A stretch of 63,687 nucleotides of DNA, the filler included, from Choristocarpus tenellus KU-1152 (taxonomy: Eukaryota > Protista > Phaeophyceae), in assembly GCA_964200185.2 (NCBI GenBank). It is 7 parts of 7 records of this genome, joined end to end, with 100 filler letters (N's around TTAATTAATTAA, not from the genome) between each part and the next. Parts side by side here need not be neighbours in the genome. Positions count along the whole stretch, not along the records: positions 1 to 29,870 come from CAXNAD020000099.1; positions 29,971 to 43,651 come from CAXNAD020001409.1; 5 more parts are not named here. The stretch is one strand, 5' to 3'. Below the pieces are notes generated by a model, which saw only the letters and a list, made by a program, of their open reading frames with translations, was not told the origin of the DNA and made no database searches. This document shows, piece by piece, positions 25,788-36,977 of this stretch. A program made the translations under genes and the position numbers. Each line of letters opens with the position of its first letter. Within the stretch, counting starts at the first letter, position 1.

Positions 25788-28700
25788 CTATAGATTTTCA
25801 GGTTGCAGGGACTCCAATGTGTAAAGCTGGAGATTTGTTTGGTTGTACTTTCCAACTTCCGCACATTTCACCTCCTTGAGCCCTGGAATGCCCCATGTGT
25901 TACATATGATCCTACAACCCCTGTTTGGGTCACCACCCACCCCTCCCCCTCCTACCCTATTGTCGGATCCTGGTTCTTTTCCCTTCCTCAAAAGGGGGAT
26001 GAGTACGGTTCCAGCTAGTTCTTCCATGGCAGCTGGAAGGAGGTATGTAACGATCACAGTGGCATCTGAGAGGTCTTGATCCCGTAAGTCTCCTTGGACC
26101 ACTGTCACCTGCAAACAAATCAGTTGGAGGGGGGGGGGGTTAGGTCTAGGGAGGTGTCCAACTGGAGTCAGTAGGCACCACACAGTGCACATCATGCATA
26201 CTGATCCAGTGCAGAATACGGAGACCCAAACCCACTATAATTGTAAGCACACTTCTACTCTGCCCTGAACTTACGATCAAACTCACCTATAGTTTCACTA
26301 TCAGCATCCAATCATTTGATTTTTGCTTGGTTTTAAGCACTGGAAAAAAAAGCATAACGCAATCTAATTCATTCCACTGCAACCCGTTCTTAAATCCAAA
26401 ATAACATGTCAGTCCTATTTCTCAACCTCTCCAAATATACCTTTTGTCATATTGGGCTCAATGCACAACACAAATATCAAGTTGCATTCGTCTCAGCCCT
26501 TACCAATGGGGCAACAACGTCCAGGCATCTTCTGGTAAAGAGCTCCAACAACAAAGGAGCATGTGCACACAGAATCAAGACAGTTCGAAGAGGCAGAGCT
26601 GAACCCCTGAACAACAGAAAGGAAAGGATATGCTCATATCAACCCTGACATGTCACCCACCGTCAGGCCCCACTTAAAATACTCATGGCAACCACTAGGT
26701 GAGAGGTTCAGCCATGCTTCATTGTGTTCATAGAGACCCTTCAGGTCATGTGGAAGATCACTAGAGTGTAGATCGTATAAATATATATTCCATATATATA
26801 TATATATCGTTTATGGGACCAGACCTGAGAAGTATCCTGTTCTGGTCGAGCATTGGACAATAAATTGGTATGTGCATAGGGCTTTGCCACACATCTTGCT
26901 CTCTAAATGAGCCCGCCTTACACAATCAAGGAACATTTGCATGTATCCTTCCTGAGACACACAACCTCTTAGGGCAACACATTGACCATGGGTTTTCAGT
27001 CCGTCACTGCACATATCTGGACGTGGAGACAGAGTTCCACCAGTCCTTCTTGAGGTTCAAGATGAGACCAGCCCAGCAGGAGACAGGAAGTTCCAGCAAC
27101 TGGCAGTCACTCTCAAGGATTTTGTAAGGGCAGTCAACCAATTTCAGTAGATATGATCCCTTCATCTAGGCCACACTAGTGCATACAATGCAGATGCCAA
27201 TTGGCCATGTCCTTGCCAAAGTCAGGCCAAGCACATCCTTCAGTGGCAAAGGGTTCCAAGAACAGGCAATCACTGATTCCTGCTGTTCATATGAATTTCC
27301 AATCTTGGACAGCCTCACCAAATTTACCAAGGTAGAACAGGGGGTTCTTAAAAGGCAAGATGGAGAATGATATACAAGAAAAGCTGATAGGCAGCGCCAG
27401 ACCAAAGCTGACTCCAGCATCAAAGGCAAGGACAGACCATCACAACTAAATCTCAAGACCTGCTCTTGTTGCAAAGCCTGGGCAGGAGAAAGTCTACGGC
27501 CCACAGAGGATATACTCCAGCTGCAGAGGTCAAGGTCATGATGCAGTTATTTTTCCACAGTGTTCTTTGCCAGAGAACTTGAGGGAACTGAATCAGACTG
27601 GTTTCGGCTGGGATGGTATCTGTGCCACTGGTGGTAATCTACGGACAGTTCTTGTCTCCAACAAGCTGACCCCTGCATAAAATGACGGATTAAGTCAGGT
27701 AACAACCTGACCTCTGATTACATCCAATATTGAGATATCAATTTGCGAAAGGGACACACAGTCAAATTGAGACATCATTGAACAACTGGAACAGGTAGTC
27801 GGCAGCCTAGTCAGACAAAGGCATCTCAACATTCAAAACATCAAACCGACATGTATTATCACAGGCAAGGATGCATCATTCTTCAAGAGAGTTCTGTTCC
27901 ACCTAGCCATCCGTGCGGGCATATAGCATAAACAAACTATTCACAAAAGCATGGAATATGAAACTTGAGTTGATAGACAACCACCAATATCCGCCCAGGT
28001 GTCGAAACCATTCCAGGCCTCCCACGGGTGACCAATAGCATTGCCAAAAAATGCTTGACATGCAGCTTTAGTGTCCCCCAAAGGGTGAGCACCCTTCAAT
28101 ATCCTACTCCCCATAAGGAAACCTCTTCAAGACCATGTTGGACCCTTTACCATTGGGATATCCATCAACTCTTTCAACACAAAACATAACTTCTTAATCT
28201 GGCACACCCACACATTTCCAAATAAACGCTGTATCCAGGCGCCTGATGTGTTATCAATGAACAACCTCTAGCCATACACCACTATCTTGCCTCACTGATC
28301 ACATCAATACTGGCCACGTACAGTGTGACTTACCTGTGGATATTCCAGAGTCTAAGAAACTTCCTCACATCTTGAAGCAGCTGGTTTGCCTCTCTCTCTA
28401 TCTCACATCAGGAATGTGGCGCTCACAACTTAGTAAAGTATAATCCACACATGAGCCAGCCCTGAGGATCTGCTGTTTGTGCTGCAGTAAATTGAGCTGC
28501 CTCAGTATGCCTGAAATTAACTGTTCGTCAACAACTTTGAAGAAGGGTACCTGACTAACTAAAGAAGCGACCAATAGGGAGATAAGTGTAGATAATATCC
28601 CATCAGAACCTACGTCTTTGGCCAATAATGCACCCCCTTGTGATCTTCCCGCCCCTCCCACTCACCTTGGAACTGAGCCCTTTGCATGCGACACGTTTCC

Positions 28701-29628
28701 GAAACTTGTTTGCCAAGTCCTCCTCAATTTCAACCCCTGGGGATAGAGGGATGAGAGGTGCGTCGTCTGAAGCATAATGATTTATGCGTGGATTAAAACG
28801 GAAGGGAAAATGGGTAGTACCAACTACTAATATTCGTAGTGTGGCACACCGTTATAGCATGGCTTCATCAATTGAATCAGTTGCTTCAAAATGATTTGAA
28901 AATATTCAAACTCAGCGTCTCCATAAAAAGGAGGGGTCATCTTGTATTGAAGGGTACAGAGAGCTCAAAATGCATGGTAAACAAAAGGCTGTACTCCAAA
29001 TTTTAAAGCAGTCTGGTCGTCCACCATAAAGAACTCACTGGGTACATGGAAGCTAGAGAGAATATCCATGTCTCAACCCAGGGACTAGAACTAAGTTACT
29101 TCATTAAAAGGAGAAAATACCCCCAGGTAAACGCAAAACAAGGATGTTCCATCTGCTGCAGGTTGCGCTGTGCCAGGTTCACCAATTGTTCTTTTTGGAC
29201 CAGTTATCAGCCTTACCGCATGCTGTTGCACCACAGCTTTCGGCTGCCTCAATGCAAATGCGCCCGTCCCCACAACCGAGGTCGTACAGAACCTTTGGCA
29301 GGGTCAAGATTAGGAGGGAACCTGCTGTTGGTGTGTTTCAACTCAACTGTGACTCATCTAGACCTAATCAACTCTGCCTGGGCTTTCACTCCAACTGAAA
29401 TCGAAAAACAAAATTATCGGTTAAAACTTGGGAGCACGATGGTCTACCTTGAGAAACCTCTTGTGTCACGACGGGAAGTCAGCTCAAACTCACGTCGTCT
29501 TCGGTGACATTTCCGAAGGCAATGATGGCTCTCACGACCTCCATATCAGCTTGGCAAGGTGGCGCTAATGAATCCCCATCCATCCATGCTGGCAAGGGGG
29601 ATTCACTGACATCATCTGAATCAGACAT
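25788..29628 (-). CDS. Class I SAM-dependent methyltransferase (DOT1/FAM173-like small MTase); exons 29628-29494, 29292-29217, 28736-28666, 26108-25788
   Basis: SLAPPCQADMEVV..NVTEDD|VLYDLGCGDGRICIEAA (motif I), GVEIEEDL, VVQGDLRDQDLSDATVIVTYLLP and RIICNTWGIPG. Splice phases are consistent. Substrate unknown. Confidence 0.88.
26900..28560 (-). mobile_element. Probable highly decayed Ty3/Gypsy pol remnant in methyltransferase intron 3
   Basis: Broken frames give LQDVRKFLRLWNIHR (like the RT/RNaseH connection xxVRSFLGLxNYYR), then NDAS (~27875), then WPDFGKDMANWHLHCMH*C (like the integrase Zn finger), in RT-RH-IN order. Many stops; boundaries approximate. Confidence 0.45.
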
Positions 29629-29726
29629 AGGGTCCTAATGCTAATCTAGATTCGTATTTACAACAACAAACAATACTACAACAAAACAACAGTGACAGAA
29701 TATGTCGGTTTATGGAAGGCGTTTTT

Positions 29727-29870
29727 GTTGACTGTTTATTAGTTACTTTCTTACAGTTTTTTGGATGAGATCTACAATAATGGAAAGTAAAAAATGGAGA
29801 TGTGAATCGTGTGATTCTGTGGCCGCGTGGTTCACTCAGGCAAGGGTGGTGAAGAGAATCACTGGGCAAG
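29727..29870 (-). mobile_element. Solo-LTR-like repeat (family C), cut by the contig end
   Basis: cttgcccagtgattctcttcaccacccttgcctgagtgaaccacgcggccacagaatcacacgattcac is shared with 57258-57326 and 59955-60018. Ends in AATAAA...ACA. Confidence 0.6.
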
Positions 29871-29970
29871 NNNNNNNNNNNNNNNNNNNNNNNNNNNNNN
29901 NNNNNNNNNNNNNNTTAATTAATTAANNNNNNNNNNNNNNNNNNNNNNNNNNNNNNNNNNNNNNNNNNNN
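29871..29970. other. Artificial contig linker N44-TTAATTAATTAA-N44 (also at 43652-43751, 47045-47144, 51948-52047, 56672-56771, 60819-60918)
   Basis: The identical 100-nt construct with six-frame stop codons occurs six times. Confidence 0.98.
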
Positions 29971-30095
29971 CCACAGGTGTTTTATGACATTTTTCTACTC
30001 CAATACTCCGAAAAATGTCATAAAACACCGGTGGGAAGCCAAGCCCCAAATGGAGAAACACGGCAAAACTCGTACCCTCTAAGATACTTTCACTC
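29971..30095. mobile_element. MITE subfamily B, partial copy with a 25-bp-stem internal palindrome
   Basis: Ends in ccccaaatggagaaacacggcaaaactcgtaccctctaagatactttcactc, the inverse of 33842-33886. Hairpin at 29971-30034. Confidence 0.75.
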
Positions 30096-30173
30096 CTTTG
30101 GCTCACAAGCAATCAACACAACAACTGCCTACACACACTTTTCACACTCCAACTACACCTTGAAACAACGACC

Positions 30174-33100
30174 ATGCCGATCGGAGATGTGGTGGCGGCT
30201 ATCGATCTGGGTACGAGCCGAACAGCGTACTCCTATGCCGTGGTTGGTCGGAAGGACATCCAACTAGGTGTGTGTCCCAAGCTCGAAGCCCCCATGCGAT
30301 CCCTACCAGGCATGTCCCCTCACTGGGGGAGGAGCACGACTGAACGGTAACCCCTAGATGGGGGTCAGGACTTGTGGACTCGATGTGTTCGCTATTTGGA
30401 GTGAAAGCGATTTCGCATTGTATCCAAACTCGTCATCTTATACTATTGTCGTTGATCAACGGGATGCAAACTGATTTTCAGGTGTACCAGACAGAGCTGA
30501 CGACGCCGCCACGCTGGAGAAGAAAACTTTGACCGCCGTTCTCCTCGAACGTTCAGCGAAGTCTCCTGGGGGATGGCGTGTCTCCAGCTTTGGTAATCAG
30601 ACCGAGAATGAGCTCCTTCAATCAGCTGATGACAGAAATCAGCAGCCTTCTCTGTTTAAGTGCTTCAAGATGGAGCTCTATCAGGGGGGAAGGGAGGGCT
30701 TCAGACGCTCCAGCGTGGACCAACCTATGCTCATAGCCACAAATAACTCGACTAAGCTCCCAATGATCTACGTTGTCTCCTTGGTTTTGGAACACATCAA
30801 GGATCAAATCCTCGCTCGCATAAACCTGATCGATAATCACACGCTCAAGGCTTCCGACATCGTGTGGGTGCTGACGATTCCAGCCATCTGGAGCTCGTTT
30901 GGTCAAACATTCATGCGTGCAGCGGCACATAGGGCTGGGTTGATAGCCACTGAGGGTGATAAGAAGGTATGGCAATAGAGGCAGGCAAGGAGATAGGAAT
31001 ATGTTGGTTACTACACCACACAACATTATAGGTACAAGATAGCATTCTCCTCGCCCAAGGCCATGTAAGCCATTACGTATTGAGCACAGCATGAAGTATG
31101 CTGCTGATTTTACTGTCATCTCTCGAGAACATAGTTTGCCCGTATCCAAGAACATTGCAATTATATGCTTGAGCTTATCTAACTCTCCTCTACCGTGGAT
31201 GTATTAGAGTACTCTCTTCCATCTCCCAACGTCAACCATTAGTCCTACCTTTATACCATTAGTATTTAATGAGAATTTTATCACGTCACAGCATTTGCAC
31301 CTTTGCCTGGAGCCAGAGGCTGCCTGCCTTGCGGTGGATCACTACCACAAAGATATCGAGGGCTGGGAGCATGGGGTGAACCTCATGGTTCTGGACTGCG
31401 GAGGGGGCACTATTGACATCACGACACACCGTGTAGTCAGGACCCAACCCTTGGGTCTTGAAGAGCTTGAAGAGCCCGTTGGCGGTCCATGGGGTTCCAC
31501 GCGTGTGGATGAAAAATTCAAGAAGTTTATGAAGGCAAGTGGGGCTAGGTTTATCGTTAGTGTTCTTTCTCCAACGTGGGTCGCGAGCAATAGTTGGCTC
31601 CCCCAGTAAGTTAAGATACTTCCTTACACATAGCTTCGCCCACGTGCACATACGCATACTTTGATCGTGGTTGACAGGACATGCTTGCTTGTGACGAGGC
31701 GCAGTGGAACAACCTCAACAAGTCACACTCTATGCTGGACCTGATGCAAGATTGGGAGGGTGAAAAGACCGATTTTCAACCAGGCAAGAAAATATTCCTG
31801 AGCATCGGTGATATTCTCGATGATTTGGAAATGTCTCCTGAAGACTATGAGAAAGGACGTACGAGATTCAACAGCGGGAGAGCAGCCAACGTGAGCCTTT
31901 CCCACTCATTTGATCGAGGGGCTATAGTATTTTCTGCCTTGAGAAAACTTTTTGGTCGCTGCATGAGAATGCAATGTTGTAGGCTTGTGTTGTTGTGCAG
32001 AGATATCATGTACTCCAGAGTACTTCAGAGCGAAAAATACAGTAAGTCATCATCCCCAAAGAAAAAGGGGGTATGAGAGGTTTATTGTCACCCTTACCAG
32101 CTTCTGAATTCTCCTGGCTTGCACACAGACTTGCGTTGAGGGAAAGGGGAGAAAAATGATCCTTCTCCCAGGTCTGGTGGAGGGTTTCTTCAAAGATGTC
32201 ATCACAAATATTGTGGATATCGTGAAGTCACAACTCCAATGTCAGCCCCAAATATCTGTCATCTATATGGTGGAAGGATTCTCTTGCAGCCCTCTTCTCC
32301 AGGCAGCCATAACCAAGGAGTTCCAGAGGGGTTGCCGGAAAGTCGTGATCAAACCACGCCCAGGCTTGGCAATTGTGAGTTTCTTGTTTGGTGATAATAT
32401 TTTGTTGTGTGTACTTTTTAAAAACTTGTTCTTCCTTTTTTTGTGTGTTACAATCGATGTAACACGTATCCTTCAATTGATTTGGGGTGAGTAAAATGGA
32501 CAATATATTTTTGAATCTTTTTCTCCACAGATATTTTTACAGATGTTGGCGCACACGAAAAAAAAACGACACTCTGCGTTGCTCATAATAATAGTATCGT
32601 CAGTAAAATCGAAACAATAATCAGACTCATTCCGACTTTTTAAAGTAAACGAATCCAAGATAATATCTGAAGATGAGAGGAACTTACAATGTCAAGTATA
32701 CAGGGTGTGCATGTTTTGTGTGTTAGTAATAGTAAAATTCAAGCTTCAGCTACATTTTATCTGATAGTGTGTAGTCTATACTTTGTGCACTTGTACTTTC
32801 GCTGTCATGTTCCTGTTAGGTGACGGGTGCATCCCTCTTTGGGTGCAACAGTCAAGCTATTGTTTCGCGCAAGGCCCGCCTGACCTATGGGACCATGATG
32901 GTGGGCCAGTTTGATACGGACAACCAAGATCATCTTAGCCGCCGAGGACAGTGCAGAACTATTGATGGGAAGACATACCTGGACATGTTTAAAGCACTCG
33001 TGCAAAAGGGAGACACCATTCCCGTTGGGACTGATCGGGAAGCAAGTTTCTATCCAACAAAGGAGAAACAGAACTCTATGATATTTGAGGTGGTTGTCTC

Positions 33101-33365
33101 CAAGGAAATGCAAGAGGCTGTAAGGTTTATTAAGGATCCTGGTGTTGAAGGAAAGCTTTGTACTCTGAACTCTGTGAGTTTCCCAGTCGACATTAGTGTG
33201 CCTTTTGAAAATCGTGGTGCCTCACTTCAGTTCACATTTGGGGGTACGGAGCTGGGTGTAAAGGTTGTTCGCAAGTCAGATAACCATGAGGTCAACGCCA
33301 ACATCGAATTTGTGGAGGACATTGATGATACACGCTATGGTGCCACTCGTGCACTAGTCTCATAA
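30174..33365 (+). CDS. Atypical Hsp70, HSPA12-like (actin-fold ATPase); exons 30174-30267, 30482-30966, 31292-31534, 31678-31890, 32129-32374, 32820-33365
   Basis: VAAIDLGTSRTAYSY, WVLTIPAIW..MRAAAHRAGL, LCLEPEAACL, MVLDCGGGTIDIT, GGPWGSTRVDEKF, SRKARLTYG and FTFGGTELGV. No EEVD tail. Intron 3 is GC-AG. Confidence 0.9.
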
Positions 33366-33841
33366 TATGAATATGGTTAATCATACACGGAAATGATTCT
33401 ACCCTGAGTTTACAGAGAGGAAACACATTTGGTTTGTCAATAGCACTCTTTTTAGGCATTGATCCCATCCCTCACTTGAGAGAGACACACGTTTGTGAGT
33501 AGGCTGGCATAAGTAGCAACGGGTAGGACAAAACGTGCAGGACGTGTTCTATTTGCACAGAGCCCACATTTTACTATAAAAGTTTCAAGCATTATCAGAA
33601 ATGTATCCTTTTGTGGGGGAGCAACCATGCTTATGTACCTACTACCCTGCTCTCTTCTCAAAGTGACAAACCGAGGAAAGCACAAGTAACCCAAGCTCCC
33701 ATTGTGTTTACCATGGTGTTGTATAAGGATAGTAGCAAATTAGCTGCACGCTAGGCCAGTAACAGCATTAGGTGATACAAACCCATTCCCCAGGAACTTG
33801 ACCCATCCATATATTTTTCATGTTTATAGTATGCTGCAGAT

Positions 33842-34081
33842 GAGTAGAAGTAACTTTGAGGGTACGAGTTTTGCCCTGTTTGTCCACTGTTTTTAAAATG
33901 ACATTTTACCTACTCCAAAATGTTTTGGAGTAGGTAAAGTGTATACGTTATGAGAAGGAGTGTCCGGACCAAGGATATTGACACTTCCTAACAAACACGA
34001 TAGCCAAACTTGCATCTAAATTGCAATATTGGATTTTGACCCCAAATGGACGCGGCTCCACCCTCTAAGATACTTTGGCTC
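33842..34081. mobile_element. MITE subfamily B, complete ~240-bp copy with apparent 4-bp TSD (AGAT)
   Basis: Imperfect TIRs GAGTAGAAGTAACTTTGAGGGT / ACCCTCTAAGATACTTTGGCTC. AGAT at 33838-33841 and 34082-34085. Internal perfect 16-bp inverted repeat at 33905-33938. Confidence 0.75.
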
Positions 34082-36410
34082 AGATGATGCTTCCATTGAG
34101 GACAGCAGAAGGCGGTAGATGCAGCATTCAAAACAAAATTTGGAACGGAGAATCTTCTCCGTTTAGTAGGAGATTTGTTGTACTCCCAGTATCTTGTTGA
34201 CAATAACAAAAAATATAAAATAGTTCCTACCTGTACCTTCACCTGTATGATGAGAGAGACGCTTCGAAAATACATTTAGTCCTTACCTCACACTCTTCAA
34301 AATTCTACAGTGTTACATGCACTTGTCCATCGATCAGAGCAAAATAGTTGACAGGACTATAATTTACAGTTGAATGGAGTGATTTATTGCTGCCCTCCCT
34401 ACAATAGATGTATTGAACTTGTTAGTAGTGTGACCATGCAAACTTAGCAACAACTGCTGCTCTAGGGATAACACAGAATTTAGATTGAATCCTCTGCGTA
34501 TATCATCTCAAAGTTAGCTGATACAGTGCCACAAAGGCATGGTGATTCTTGGCATGTTCTGTATATTTCAGACAAAGACAGACAGGTATCATTCTGCTAT
34601 TCACTGAACATATTTTTCTTCACAGTCAAGGTTCTACGGTGAATTCGAATTTCGAGAGGAATGCAATGCCAAACAAATTGCCTTCAAATATGCCTCAAGT
34701 AGAGCCAAGGTGATGAGAATAATGAACTAATAAAAACTTTACTGTGTACAATTTATTTTATGATTGTATTATTAAGCACAAAGTTAGGACCCTGCAATGA
34801 AGTGTTGTGAGAAGAAACTTGAGTAATACATGGAACATTAAAATTGTGTTCTCCAAACGACCTCAGCCAACCTATTATCTACTCCGGAATATGTGCAAGA
34901 AGGCTGCTGTCCAAACTTCCAAATCAAGCTTGAAGGTGAAGATCGTCTATGTTCTGCGTAGACTGCAGTACATGCATAGGAATTGAATACTTCTGTGCAA
35001 CCCACCTTGCACAATATCCTCACTCTACAAGGTTGGATTTTTATCTCATACGATAATTGCATTTCTTTCCTCCTCCAGTTGTCCTGTAGGTGTCATAGCT
35101 GTGGACTTGAAAGTAGTTTGAAGAAGCAAGTATTTCTCAGTGGATCAGACAACATTTCTGAGGTAAAAGAAGCATATGTTCGATCTCTAGGCAATGCTAG
35201 CTTGTAAGGCTTGGAAGAGAGAAGAGAAACAGAAACCTTGCTGTGAAGCTCTGCATATATACATCACGTGCCTAAGTAACACACTTGATGCCTATAGAGA
35301 GATTGCTAATGGTTGGAAAGTTGCCGTTGCCTGTTGCCTTAGTGCGGCATACAAATAGGAACAGTTTTATTAGTTTACTTCACCAACGATGATGTTCAAG
35401 GGTGTCAGACTCCCATTATGCGGGAGAGTTCAAATGTTCAGTGGATGCAGGGCAAGGCAGTGAGCTATACCTGTTAGAAACACCTTCATATATATGCGGC
35501 AACACACACACACACACGGGCACTAGAACATGTGCTGACATCTCACACCTAAGCTGACTGACCAACACTCCTGGGACAATTTTTTTAGCGTTCGAAAATA
35601 TGTCAAACCCACACGAGGCATTTGCTCAAATATTGTTGTTGTATCACCACCTCAATATTGATGTCATTGTTCCACATCAAAGTTTGATCTAGGATGCAAG
35701 TCAAAAACAGTGGGCACTTGGATGTCTTTGATTATGTGGAGCATGAATCTTTATCAACAATTTACTTATTTGTTTGCTGCCGATATTTCATTGGATCATG
35801 TGGGTCAGGTGAAAGAGGCGATTGACAATATGTGACATACACTTTTGTTTCATTGGTGGAATTGTCTCCCACCTGTATGGTGTCCACCTCTACGTGCTCA
35901 AACTCGATCAGTGATCAAAAGGCATCAACAGTTTCCCTATCCTATCCAACGTCACAGCAAACACAATCCAGCAATACACCATCCATTCAGGGTATACATT
36001 AAACAGGAGTCCCTGCAGAGTATTCCTTGTTAGTGTGTGATAGGATCAGCCCTCACAAGACATTCCACGACCAAGCATTGATGGATTCACACCCTCACAT
36101 CACCAACAGACACAAACCAAACTCATTCCTTATCTCATTTCCTTTCCTTCCGTCTCATCAGGATTCGGCATCACAGAGGACCAGACACACAAACTACACA
36201 ACACATTTAAGAAAGAAACACAAACCCCCTGCGAAAACAATGCCCCAACCCTATTACCACAAAAATGATTTCAGAAAACCCCGATGCTTACAAAAAACAG
36301 AAGAAAAACTGCTCAACAGAAGCACTCACAGACTGTCACAGCAGTCCCTTCAGAAGCACCCAAGGCCACACCAGTACAAAAGTATGCATACCTCAAAAAA
36401 ACAAGTCTAG

Positions 36411-36589
36411 GGCTTAAGTATCTTGGGGAGGGTGGAGGCTGTCCACTCACGGCCCATTTTTTCATGTTGCAATTCTTGGGTGATTTGGTTGCATGCGTTG
36501 GATGGATAATGTAAGCGCAATTTTTCAGTCAGGGCCCGGATGGACACCCTGGTATAGACCGCCCCCACCCCCTCCAGGTACTTTGGGCT
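36411..36589. mobile_element. MITE family A, complete copy
   Basis: Colinear with 3950-4130; TAG on both flanks. Confidence 0.88.
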
Positions 36590-36977
36590 TAGGCACTGAT
36601 AATAAAAGGCAGTCTGAAGAATATCGCTATACACAGTCAAACAGACACAAAATGAATAATGGACAAAAAATCGTGGGAAGGGGGGGACAGGGATGGGGGG
36701 CATTATTGCACCCCAGCCTACATAATCCAATAGGTATGTGAGATGTCATAAACATTAATACCAGTATCACACAGATGAGGTCAGCTCTAAGACTGCAGGA
36801 ACCTACTTTCGACAGGTTTATGATATTGTCATAGCCCTTACCACAAAAGGTGAAGGGTAGGCCGATCAATCATTGCTGCTACTGTTGGTACAAGAACATA
36901 TATGGTGACCAAAGAAGTGCAGATGATGTCTCCCTGACACTCTCTGTCTCATCTATTCTTGACGCCCCTCTTTCTCC

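Noticed and set aside
29871-29970. TTAATTAATTAA palindromes inside N runs (six times) and ORFs ending in ...XXXLIN
   Set aside because: These are artificial contig-joining linkers, so cross-linker gene neighbourhoods and these ORFs are not biological.
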